NCBI GenBank assembly: GCA_043822705.1
Contig: JBDRBK010000075.1
Coordinates: 1-20,667, forward strand
Length of the DNA stretch: 20,667 nt
Reading direction: 5' to 3'
Source: Fidelibacterota bacterium
Lineage (GTDB): Bacteria; Fidelibacterota; Marinisomatia; Marinisomatales; TCS56
Shown: piece after piece, positions 1 to 9,600 of the stretch
Position numbering within the stretch: position 1 is the stretch's first letter
How the letters are laid out: each line of letters opens with the position of its first letter
Translations under genes and position numbers: made by a program
Notes under the pieces: model-generated
The model's input: only the letters and a program-made list of their open reading frames with translations
Database searches by the model: none
Told to the model about the DNA's origin: nothing

Positions 1-452
1 GCTTCGCTGCTGCCGGAGGAGGCTGTCTGTTGCCGGTAGGCCTCGACCATCACTTTCGAAACGGCGGGACTGAAATATACCTGATCATTACTGACGGCCC
101 GAATGGCATCGATCAGATTATTGGCGGCTGTTTGTTTCACCAGATAGCCGGAAGCGCCGGCATCAACGGCCCCCAGAACGTATTCATCATCGGGAAACAT
201 AGAAAGAATGACGACCTTGATATCGGGATGTTCATTTTTTATTATCCTGGTGGCGTCGATTCCGTTGAGCCCTTCCATCGATATATCCATGATCACAACA
301 TCCGGTGTATGTTCCCGGGCCAGGGCGACGGCCTCTTCGCCGCTGCCGGCTTCACCGATGCAACGCAGGCCCGGTTCCGAGTTAATCAGTATCCGCAGGC
401 CCTGCCGTAGGATGGTGTGATCGTCGGCGATCAGAATAGTGGTTTGTTTCAT
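1..452 (-). CDS. NarL/FixJ-family response regulator, receiver domain (C-terminus runs off the window)
   Basis: Not in the ORF track. Manual translation from ATG at 452 gives MKQTTILIADDHTILRQGLRILINSEPGL...PDVVIMDISMEGLNGIDATRIIK...VVILSMF...GASGYLVK...YFSPAVS, open to the window edge. The DD, phospho-Asp, S and K receiver residues are present, and the gene lies directly downstream of a HisKA_3 kinase. Confidence 0.92.
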   Translation of the reverse strand, partial: MKQTTILIADDHTILRQGLRILINSEPGLRCIGEAGSGEEAVALAREHTPDVVIMDISMEGLNGIDATRIIKNEHPDIKVVILSMFPDDEYVLGAVDAGASGYLVKQTAANNLIDAIRAVSNDQVYFSPAVSKVMVEAYRQQTASSGSSE

Positions 453-471
453 AAGTCGAGGTTTCTTTGGT

Positions 472-1707
472 TTAAGCGTTCCCATATGGAATATGCAAGG
501 CCAGACTCGTCCCGGTCCCGGGAACCGATTCGATAGTGACTTCACCACCCACCAGCTTGGCGCGCTCGCGGATTCCTGTTAATCCCAGACCGCGGCCAAC
601 GGTTCGGCCAGCCGCCGCCGTGGTTTCAAACCCTGTGCCGTTATCATTGATTTTCAGGTCGATCGCTCCGTCTGTCAGACGCAGGATGACAGTCACCCGA
701 TCGGCTCGTGCGTGTTTGGCGATATTATTAAGCCCCTCCTGAAAAACCCGGTACAGCACGGTTTTTATTTCCGGCGCAGTATTCTCGATTGCTTCATCGT
801 TTTGGATCGTTACTTCGATACCGGTACGTTCACTGTACCTTCGGGCGTGAGCCTTGATTGCCGGTAACAACCCCATGTCATCCAGGAGCGATGGACGCAA
901 CTCAAAGGAAAAACGATGTATGTTCTGGGCGGTATCCTGAACCAGCTTCTGGCAATCGCGAACCTGTTGCCATAACGCCGGGCCATGTTTACCGGATATC
1001 TGCTGGATAATCTGCAGATTAAAACTGATCGCCGTCATGGCCTGGCCGATTTCGTCGTGCAGCTCGCGACTGATCCGTTTGCGTTCTTTTTCCTGAGCCC
1101 GGATGACCTCACCGGATAATTGTTTCAGCGTGTCCTGTTGGCTCTTCAATGTTGCGACCAACGCCTCCAACTGGACCTTGGTCTGTTTCTGAACGGTTAT
1201 ATCCCGTGATATTCCCAAGACTGAAACTCGGCTGCCATGAATATCGTACTGGGGAACCAGGGAAGTTTCGAACCAGAGCGACTTGCCATTGACCAAAAGC
1301 AGGTGTTCGGTCTGGTCGGTTTTACCGCTCTGGAAAACCCGTTCAATGGAATTAAACAGCGGATTATTGTCCGGTCCGCCCAGAATTGTGTCGGGGTGTT
1401 TCCCGATCAATACTTCGCACGGATATTGAACCAGGTCGGCAAACCGGGTGTTGGCAAAAGTGATTTTTCCACGGGAATTGACAATAAAAACGGCGTCATC
1501 CATTGATTCGACAAGGGTGCGGTATTTTTTTTCCGATTCCAAAATAACTTTTTGAAATGATTCCAGGGCTGCCATCCGGTCCCTTTGGGCCCGAGAGAGC
1601 TTGTTCTGTGAGATAATTACCCCGGTGACTATTATTATAATCAGAACGATTATAGTCAACATTCCGATAAACATGGGCCAGAACAGATGTGCCGTTTCCG
1701 GTGTGAT
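472..1707 (-). CDS. Membrane-anchored PAS-domain sensor histidine kinase (HisKA_3, NarX/UhpB type)
   Basis: One N-terminal TM (FIGMLTIIVLIIIIVTGVII), PAS/PAC (YRTLVESMDDAVFIVN...VLGISRDIT), H-box ERKRISRELHDEIGQ, N-box QEGLNNIAKHA, DNGTGF, GLGLTGIRER, ESVPGTGT. The start is uncertain: TTG 1782 (ORF track), ATC 1707 (6 nt after AGGAGG) or ATG 1674. Confidence 0.92.
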   Translation of the reverse strand: MTPETAHLFWPMFIGMLTIIVLIIIIVTGVIISQNKLSRAQRDRMAALESFQKVILESEKKYRTLVESMDDAVFIVNSRGKITFANTRFADLVQYPCEVLIGKHPDTILGGPDNNPLFNSIERVFQSGKTDQTEHLLLVNGKSLWFETSLVPQYDIHGSRVSVLGISRDITVQKQTKVQLEALVATLKSQQDTLKQLSGEVIRAQEKERKRISRELHDEIGQAMTAISFNLQIIQQISGKHGPALWQQVRDCQKLVQDTAQNIHRFSFELRPSLLDDMGLLPAIKAHARRYSERTGIEVTIQNDEAIENTAPEIKTVLYRVFQEGLNNIAKHARADRVTVILRLTDGAIDLKINDNGTGFETTAAAGRTVGRGLGLTGIRERAKLVGGEVTIESVPGTGTSLALHIPYGNA

Positions 1708-2008
1708 AAAATACCTCCTCCCGCGGGACCGCCGGTTTTTATGTGATAATAATAGCGAATATAAACTGATTCCTCGTACCAATAAAGCGAAAGTTGCCGG
1801 GGTGCGGACACCGGTTAGCCCGGCGTTTCCGGTTGGTGATTAAACTATACTGATTACTCCTGTGAAAAATACTGGAAACCATGTAGAAAAATACATAGTT
1901 CCAAGGATTGACTGGCGCTACTGACAATTCATAGGTTCGACGTACCCAACAAAGGCTTGGGTGGTTCATTGCTACAACATTACCTATAATCTGGCTGTTT
2001 CTCTATAG

Positions 2009-2046
2009 AACAATGCCTCTTCGTTGCTGAAGAGGCATTGTTTATT
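2009..2046. terminator. Perfect 14-bp hairpin, intrinsic-terminator-like
   Basis: AACAATGCCTCTTC (2009-2022), loop GTTGCT, GAAGAGGCATTGTT (2029-2042), running into TTTTATT on the + strand. It lies between divergent genes, so what it terminates is unclear. Confidence 0.6.
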
Positions 2047-2135
2047 CCGGAGGTGATTGGTTTTTAAAATTTCTCTGATATGCTGTCAGCAGTAATTTTT
2101 TAAGTACTTTGATTATATTATATTCACCTGCAACA

Positions 2136-2148
2136 ACCAGATAATCTG
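2136..2148. promoter_or_regulatory. Candidate operator ACCAGATAATCTG (copy 1)
   Basis: Palindromic core CAGAT-A-ATCTG, 18 nt upstream of the GDPD ATG and next to two overlapping minus-strand TATAAT hexamers (2112-2122). The same 13-mer occurs at 6506-6518. Confidence 0.4.
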
Positions 2149-2166
2149 TGATTAAGAAATGATATC

Positions 2167-2982
2167 ATGCCGGCATTACCGATAATATTAATTCTGTGCG
2201 CCTTTATTCTGTTTCTGGTGATCAAACACCTGTATTTCTGGCAGCCGTTGCCAGCGAGTAAATTTTATCCTGAAAAACCATTGTTTATGGGACATCGCGG
2301 CGTCATGACGCAGGCGCCGGAAAACACTTTCGCCGCTTATGGTAAAGCACTGCAAGCCGGTTTAAAAGGAACGGAACTGGACGTTATCGAAACCAAAGAC
2401 GGTCACCTGGTTTGTTCACATAATTTTGATCTGGAGCGTGTGACCGATGGCGAAGGCTACCTGTTCGAACGCGAACTGCCGTATCTTGCCCGCATTAACG
2501 CCGCCCATCACTTTAAAGGTTACCCTTTCGAAAACATACCGCTGCTGGAAGATGTACTGTCCTTTTTCCCGTCTGATTTCCGCATCAATATCGAAGTCAA
2601 ACCGCGCTCGCTGGGCGACCTGTTCACGACAATCAAAGTTGCCCGGATTGTCAGCCGGCGCCAATTGCACGGCCGGGTGATTATTTCGAGTTTTAATCCG
2701 CTGGCGCTGCTGGGCGTGAAGCTGGTGGATGCATCGATCCTGACCGGCTTCCTGGTCGAACCGGACACCTGGCCGCTGTTCCGGTTGATCAATGTCGGGC
2801 ACCCGGATTGCCTGCATCTGGATGCCGGTCTGGTTAGCGATGATCTGCTTCGTTATGCCCGCCAGCGCGGGATGGCGGTGAATGTCTGGACGGTCAATAA
2901 TAAACCGGCGATCGACTGGCTGATGCGAAAAGGGGTGGATGGGGTCATCACCGACCGACCGGAATATTGCAACCTGCGCTAA
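2167..2982 (+). CDS. Glycerophosphodiester phosphodiesterase family protein (GDPD, UgpQ/GlpQ-like) with N-terminal membrane anchor
   Basis: Motifs GHRG, APENT, ELDVIETKDG, INIEVK, ISSF, VNVWTVN and GVDGVITDRP; hydrophobic N-terminus ILILCAFILFLVI. Confidence 0.93.
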   Translation: MPALPIILILCAFILFLVIKHLYFWQPLPASKFYPEKPLFMGHRGVMTQAPENTFAAYGKALQAGLKGTELDVIETKDGHLVCSHNFDLERVTDGEGYLFERELPYLARINAAHHFKGYPFENIPLLEDVLSFFPSDFRINIEVKPRSLGDLFTTIKVARIVSRRQLHGRVIISSFNPLALLGVKLVDASILTGFLVEPDTWPLFRLINVGHPDCLHLDAGLVSDDLLRYARQRGMAVNVWTVNNKPAIDWLMRKGVDGVITDRPEYCNLR

Positions 2983-3109
2983 GCCTGGATGTGTCGGTTG
3001 TGGTACCCGGAAATATATTATGACTACCAAAAACCTGATGGGCAGGTCTTTGCCGGCTAAATAATTATAGGTGCTCTTGTCACCACGTCACACAACCAGG
3101 AGCAACCAC

Positions 3110-6100
3110 CTAAATAATAAAGACCGCCAACTTCAGTACCTTATTACCCTGTTCAGTTTCCACATGAATAATGTACATGCCGCTGGCGATTTTTACGCCG
3201 TAATTATTACGTAAATCCCAGATCGCGAATTGGGTGCCGGCGTTGGTATGATCAATCCGGCGGACCGGTGTTCCACCCAGGTCAAAAATACGGATAACAC
3301 AGCGGCCACGGTCGGCAGATTGGTAAAATGCACCTGCCGGTCCGCGAGACTGCTTTGCTCCGGGTTGTAGTTATAGTAGGGATTGGGCCAGACCTTGATC
3401 AGTTGCGGACGGTAGCGGACACTGTCGCCGGAAACGCTGGCGGTAGTGAAGGCAAATAGATCATCGGGGCCATTGGGTTTATTGGTGATCATCCGGTAGA
3501 CCGTTCCGACTTCCGGTATTCCCAGAATGCGACCAGTGGCATAATTACCAGTGACTTCGACTATCCCCAGGTCATTAGTCGTGTCGATAAACCAGCCGGC
3601 TGACAAAAATATGGCCGTGTCGGTGGCCGTCCAGGCAGCGGGATCGCTACTGCTCAGACTGGTCAGCGCCATTGAATTAACATGGCTCACATAGCCGTTC
3701 CAGTTCATCAGCAACGTCCGGGCGATTACTTCGACAAAATCGTCATTGTCTACTACACCGCCGATACCGTTGGCGAAGAAAGCATCGTAACCGGCCTGAC
3801 CGGGACTCATGTTATAACTCGGATTCCCCCAGTAGATCCAATCGCTGTACGGATCATTGGCAGAACCGGAATGCGCGGCGTCGCCGCCAAAACCCCAGGC
3901 CATCGGATCGGGTCCGGGATCTTTATAAACCGCCGGTAGCATCCGGTAATCGTCACTGGGATCATCCGGGGTAGTCCCGATGTTCCATAGTTCGAAGGGT
4001 ACACTGATGATCGTGACACCGTCGCCAAAACGCAGGTAACCCTTGCCGTTGGCCAAAGCATCGGCGGTAAAGCGCATCTCAAAATCGTAGGGCATCGCCC
4101 GGCTGAAGTTATCTCCGCGGAAAACGCGATCAAGGAAACCGGTCGAATACTCATTTGTCATTTCATTGGGTACACCGCCGGCATGGCCGAAGAAGAACCA
4201 GCCGCCCTGAGCCTGCTCCGTCGGATAGTCCGGCGCGGTCAGGAAGTTGATCCACAGGATATTTTCGTTAACATCGGTATCAATACCGGCAATCGGACCG
4301 TCGGCATTGGATACCTGCCAGACGCCGTGAATACCGTTTGACGGACCCTGCACAGCAACCTGGAAACCGTCCACAATCGGACCGGCATCTTTACCCATTT
4401 CGATACCGGTCGACTGATCGATGCCATCCTGGAGCGTATTTCCACCGGAAATCTCGATTCCCAGCGTCACGTCGGTAATGGCCCAGGTCGTCACCAGGCC
4501 GGTATCGGAAAAACTGACCTCATAGGTATGGCCGGTGAGCTGGGTCGGGTCGATTATTCTAACCCTGACACCACCGTCGGAAATACCGGCGATATGGTCA
4601 ACAGTGAGGAAATTCCCATGTACAACTGCAGAGTCAGGCGGGTTCCAGGTGGACGGCAACTGCGGGCGGGCGGTGATTATATGCAGCGGACTTTCCAGCG
4701 TTTTGGGTACGCCGCAGGGATTATAGCCATAGGCGGTTACTGCGAAATAGTAGGCCCGGTTGATCTTCAGAGGCGCGTTGTTGTTCAGCGCGTCCTGGTC
4801 AATTGCCAGATAGCGCCGAATACCGGAATCACGACCGAACTGGACCCGGCGATTGATGACTTCGCCAAGATCGGAATCGAATACGTCGTCGTAAATTTCT
4901 TCAACCCCGTTGATCAGATCGAAGGTGGCGATGCGTTTGACAGCGCCTGAACCGGACAATGTTTCCAGTTGATAGACGTTGTAGCCTTCGAATACGAATT
5001 CAGTACTTTCTCCGCTGGGATTGAAATTTATTGCATCTTTCGCCACATAATCCTCCGCGGCGTCATCCCAGGTCAGGATGATGCTTTCCGGCAGGGCGCT
5101 GACTGTAACCTGCGGCGCCGGAGGTGCCGGTGGCAACCGGAAATCATTGTCGTACCAGTTTTGGGCTGCCAGGTCGACCTGTTTAAGATACAGGTACGAG
5201 TCCAGAGCGTCGCCAGCGGCGGCGAGGATAATAGCAAACACGACTTCCTGAGAATCCCCGGGCGCCATAATGAAGGGGCCGGAACCCATCAGTAGCCTAA
5301 CATCGTGTGCACGCCAGAAATCACCGAATACTACTTCGATATCATCAGAACCGATATTTTTTGTTGGGTCGCCCGGGAGCATATATCTTGAACCACCGGA
5401 ATATTTAAAATCGATTTCAGTACCTGAATTATTTAACCCAGCTAAAGCATTGTGAACATACATAGCTGACGTCGTTGGATCACCTATTGTAGTGTTAAAA
5501 CCCCATTTCAATGGCATCCGAAATGAGGTCATTCCCAGGTTTTTATATTCATAAATAAATTTGCCAAAGGTAAAAGCGGTATCACCATCTGACGGAACGA
5601 TCGGTCCTTGGAAAAAGTCAAAACCCAAGGCCGGAGTACCGCCGACGAAACCGGCATAATCATCATCGGCACCATCGTTGTAGCAAATTCCCATACCAAG
5701 GGTCGTATCGCAACCTACATAATCGTCACTGGCATTGCCCAGATCCGGGTCGGACCAGATACCGATATACATGTCTTCAATTGTGTTTGAACCCTTGTTG
5801 ATAATCAGTTCTTTGATATAAATAATATCGCCGGTGATATTCGGACGATTAAGGCCGAAAATGGTGGTCTGGAATTCCAGTCCCATTGGCGCTGTTTTTA
5901 GAATTGTATGGCTGCTGGAATCACCATCGTTGCTGACATACCAGATTACCTGGTCGCCGATAAATTCCGGATGGTCGGGACCAACCGGCAATGGCTCATA
6001 GATACCATTACCATTCACATCGACCCAGGGCGCTCCCAGATCAGTAGGCCAGTTCTGAAAATCGGCGTTAGTTAGGGGATCAAATAGGTCTTTTCGATCG

Positions 6101-6471
6101 ATTTTGTATAATTTATGGCGTGGATCTTCGGGATTGGTGCCATAAGAACCGGGAACACGCTCGGCACTATACTGAACGCAGGCGGTGCGGACTTCGCCAT
6201 TGACTTTGCCGGCGTACCAGAGGCCGGAAGCATAGATTGCATAGGTGCGGTTGTCCTTCGGCCATTCCAGGCCGGAGTGGCCGCTGATCCGGTGACTGAC
6301 GATCATGCCGTTGTTTTCCAGATCGGTTTTGATCCGGTTGCCATCGAAATACCCCGTGGAAGCGACGGCGGTTTTACCGGATATGACCGGTTGGCGGGCG
6401 TCCTGTTCACGGGCGATTAAAATGGATGTCAGCAGAAATAATAGGCAAAAGGCAGAACGCTGAAAATTCAT
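3110..6471 (-). pseudogene. Large secreted protein with T9SS type A/FlgD-Ig-like C-terminal domain, frameshifted near 3310 (paralog A; ~1120 aa if repaired)
   Basis: ORF 3193..6471 has a signal peptide, a DxNxNG Ca-binding-like loop, WSDPDLG, GPF.MAPGDSQEVV, an FN3-like segment and IKVWPNPY. After ...FTNLP the homology to paralog B continues in another frame (GRCVIRIFDLGG...SGMYIIHVETEQGNKVLKLAVFII*) to TAG at 3110-3112. This could be a true pseudogene or a sequencing indel. Confidence 0.8.
4168..4227. repeat. 60-bp exact direct repeat shared by the two paralogs (second copy at 7663-7722)
   Basis: GGGTACACCGCCGGCATGGCCGAAGAAGAACCAGCCGCCCTGAGCCTGCTCCGTCGGATA is identical at both positions, synonymous sites included. 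Confidence 0.85.
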
Positions 6472-6501
6472 GACTTCATACCACTGTTCCTCCTGGTGTT
6501 A

Positions 6502-6524
6502 ATATACCAGATAATCTGGTATAT
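6502..6524. promoter_or_regulatory. Perfect 23-bp palindrome, candidate operator (copy 2)
   Basis: ATATACCAGAT-A-ATCTGGTATAT, with 11-bp arms and a 1-nt centre, just upstream of the AGGAGG of paralog A. Confidence 0.5.
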
Positions 6525-6606
6525 CCCATGTCAATTTCCGGCTGGTGTTTGATGCTGATCTTTATCCATAACAGTACTTATTGGATGATACTGGTTTAGC
6601 GCAAAT

Positions 6607-9600
6607 TCAACGGATGTGCGGTTTAACCATCGCCAGTTTCAATACCTGGTCGCCCTGCTCGGTCTCGATATGTATGATATAGATGCCGCCCACAACCGGT
6701 TCATGGTAGTTGTTGGTCAGTTCCCATTCCGCAAACTGCGTCCCGGCAGCGCTGTGGTCGATCCGGCGAATCGGTATCCCGGAAAGATCAAAGATCCGGA
6801 TAACACAACGGCCGCTTTCCGGCAGGTGCGTGAAATGGACTTTGTTTTCACCAATTCCTTCTTCCGGATTGTAGCCGAAATAGGGGTTGGGCCAAACCTT
6901 GATCAACTGGGGACGATAGTGGATGCTGTCGCCGGAAACACCGGCGGTAGTGAAGGCAAATAGATCATCGGAGCCGCTGGGTTTATTGGTGATCATACGA
7001 TACACCGTTCCAACCTCCGGCATTCCCAGAATGCGACCGGTGGCATAGTTGCCGGCAATTTTAACCACACCCAAATTATTACTCGCATCCAGGAACCAAC
7101 CGGTGGCTTCAAACAGAGCCGTGTCGGCCGCCGTCCAGGCAGCAGGATCGGTGCTACTCAGATTGGTCAGTGCAATTGAATCCACCCGACTCACATAGCC
7201 GTTCCAGTTCATCAGCAACGTCTGGGCGATTACCTCGGTCCAGCCACCGTTAACCATACCGCCGATACCGGCAGTGAAAAATGCATCGTAACCGGCCTGG
7301 CCAGGGGTCACGTCATCCGGGTTGCCCCAGTAGACCCAATCGCTATAGGGATCGTTGGCAACGCCGGAATGGGCAGCGTCACCGCCAAAACCCCAGACCA
7401 GCGGGTCTGGCCCGACATCTTTATAAATCGCCGGTAGCATGCGGTAATCGTCGCCGGGATCATCGGGGGTGGTACCGAGGTTCCAGAGCTCGAAGGGTAC
7501 GTGGATGATCGTGTTATTGCTAAACCGCAGGTAACCCATGCCATTTACCAGGGCGTCAGCGGTAAAGCGTATTTCGAAATCGTAGGGCAGTGCCCAGCTG
7601 TAGTTATCGCCGCGGAAAACACAATCGAGAAAGCCGGTCCCGTCGGCAGTCGACATAAAAAGGGGTACACCGCCGGCATGGCCGAAGAAGAACCAGCCGC
7701 CCTGAGCCTGCTCCGTCGGATAATCGGGAGCGGTCAGGAAATTGATCCACATGATGTTTTCATTGACATCGGTATCAATACCGGCGATCGGTCCATCGGC
7801 ATTGGCTACCTGCCAGACGCCGTGAATACCATCTCCCGGCCCAGTGATTATCACCTGGAAACCGTCCACGATCGGACCGGCAGCACTTCCGACGGTGATA
7901 CCGGTGCGGGCATCGACACCGTTTATGTTAGTTTGGTCGGACAGCAATTCGCTATTCATAGTAGCGTCTACCAGGTTCCAGGTGGTAATGATTAAGCTGT
8001 CGTTGCCGGGCAAGGTCTGGTGCTCAAAGGTGATTTCATAATCATGCCCGGTTAGTTTGGTAGGATCAATTATTTTGACGATTACCGTGCCGTCAGAGAC
8101 TCCCTGAATATGATTGGTAGGCAGAACATCGCCGTAACTGGCGGTGCTGTCATTGGCCGACCAGTCCGTATGAATCTGGGGACGGACCTCGATTATTTGC
8201 GGATCACTTTCCACAACCTGCTGGCCAAGAGGATGGTTATAACCACAAGCATATGCGGTGACGCCGTAATAATAGGCGCGGTTTAGCAGCAATTGTAAGG
8301 CCGGAACGTCAGGTTTTATCTGATGTGAGTGTTTAAGGCCCGAATCTGTGGCGTCAATGATCTGTGCCTCGACAACCTGGCCAATACTTCCAACATAGAT
8401 TTGGTCATAGAGTTTTTTAATACCATCGATAATGTCATAAGTAGCCAGCAATACGGGATCTGAACCATTTTTGTCGGAATATTGCCAGACCCGGTAACCC
8501 TGAAAACTAAAATATGAGGAGTCACCATATTGTTCGGATGGACTAAATATATTTATAAATGCCTCCGACTGATTGTCCCAGGTCAGGATAATCTCATTTT
8601 CCAATGCGGTGGCTTCAACGATCGGTGGCGGTGGCGTAGGCAGGGTGAAGCGATTGTCGTACAGCCACTGCGCCAGCACATCCACCTTCTTGAGGCGCAG
8701 GTAGGAACTGAGGGCATCGCCGTCTGCCGCGATAATGATACCGAAAACCACTTCCTGGGAATCTCTAGGAGCCATAGTAAATGGGCCGGAACTCATCAAA
8801 AAAGTCGCGTCACAGCTCTTGGCAATATCTTTTTGAATAAATTCTGTATCATCTGGACCAGTATCTTTGGTTGGATCTCCAGGACTCATGAAACGGCCCC
8901 CCCCGGTCACGCTTTCATCAAGAGGTTGCCCGGATTTATTTAATCCCGCCATAAAATAATAGGCCTCTTCGGCACTATTAGGATCTTGCCACTGAGGATC
9001 TGAAGTGCAGAGATAATATCTAAATGCGCTCATCTTCAAATTATGATAACCAGGCAATTGCTTGGATTGATATAAGGCCGTATCGCCAGACGCCGGAACA
9101 ACCGGTCCTTGGAAAAAATCATAACCCAAAGCCGGGGTCCCGCCGGAGAAACCGGCATAATCAGCATCGATACCATCGTTATAGCAGATACCCATGCCGA
9201 GAGTGGTATCACAACCGACGAGGTCATCGCCGGCGTCGCCCAGATCCGGGTCGGACCAGATACCGATATACATATCTTCGATAGTATTACCACCCCTGTT
9301 GATAATCAGTTCTTTGACGAACATTATGTCGCCCAGGACGTTTTGTCGGCCAATACCAAAAATTGTGGTCTGAACTTCAATGCCCAGCGGGTCAGTACCG
9401 AATATATGATGTGCAGCGCTGTCCCCGTCGTTACTGACGTACCAGATCATCTGGTCGCCCAACAGGTCGGGATGGTCCGGACCTGTCGGCAGCGGGCTGT
9501 AGATACCATCATTATTGACGTCCACCCAGGGAGCGCCATCGTCTACCGGCCAGTATTGAAAATCGGTGGATGTCGAAGGATTGGCAAAATCAGAGTGGTT

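Noticed and set aside
30..420. Plus-strand ORFs 30..410 and 208..420
   Set aside because: Antisense shadows of the response regulator, which has clear motifs on the minus strand.
1739..1969. 76-aa minus-strand ORF upstream of the kinase as a possible signal peptide or partner
   Set aside because: No RBS, no recognisable motif or TM helix; not supportable.
3070..3110. Weak stem (TGCTCTTG…CAGGAGCA) between the convergent GDPD gene and paralog A
   Set aside because: Imperfect stem with a long loop and no U-tract; not enough to call a terminator.
3193..3230. ORF-track C-terminus of paralog A (…SGIYVIITA) looks like a sorting-domain SGIY motif
   Set aside because: Coincidence in the wrong frame; the truly homologous tail is in the shifted frame ending at 3110.
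6560..6590. Imperfect palindrome ATCCATAA-CAGTAC-TTATTGGAT after paralog B
   Set aside because: AT-rich, bulged and single-copy; it cannot be distinguished from chance.
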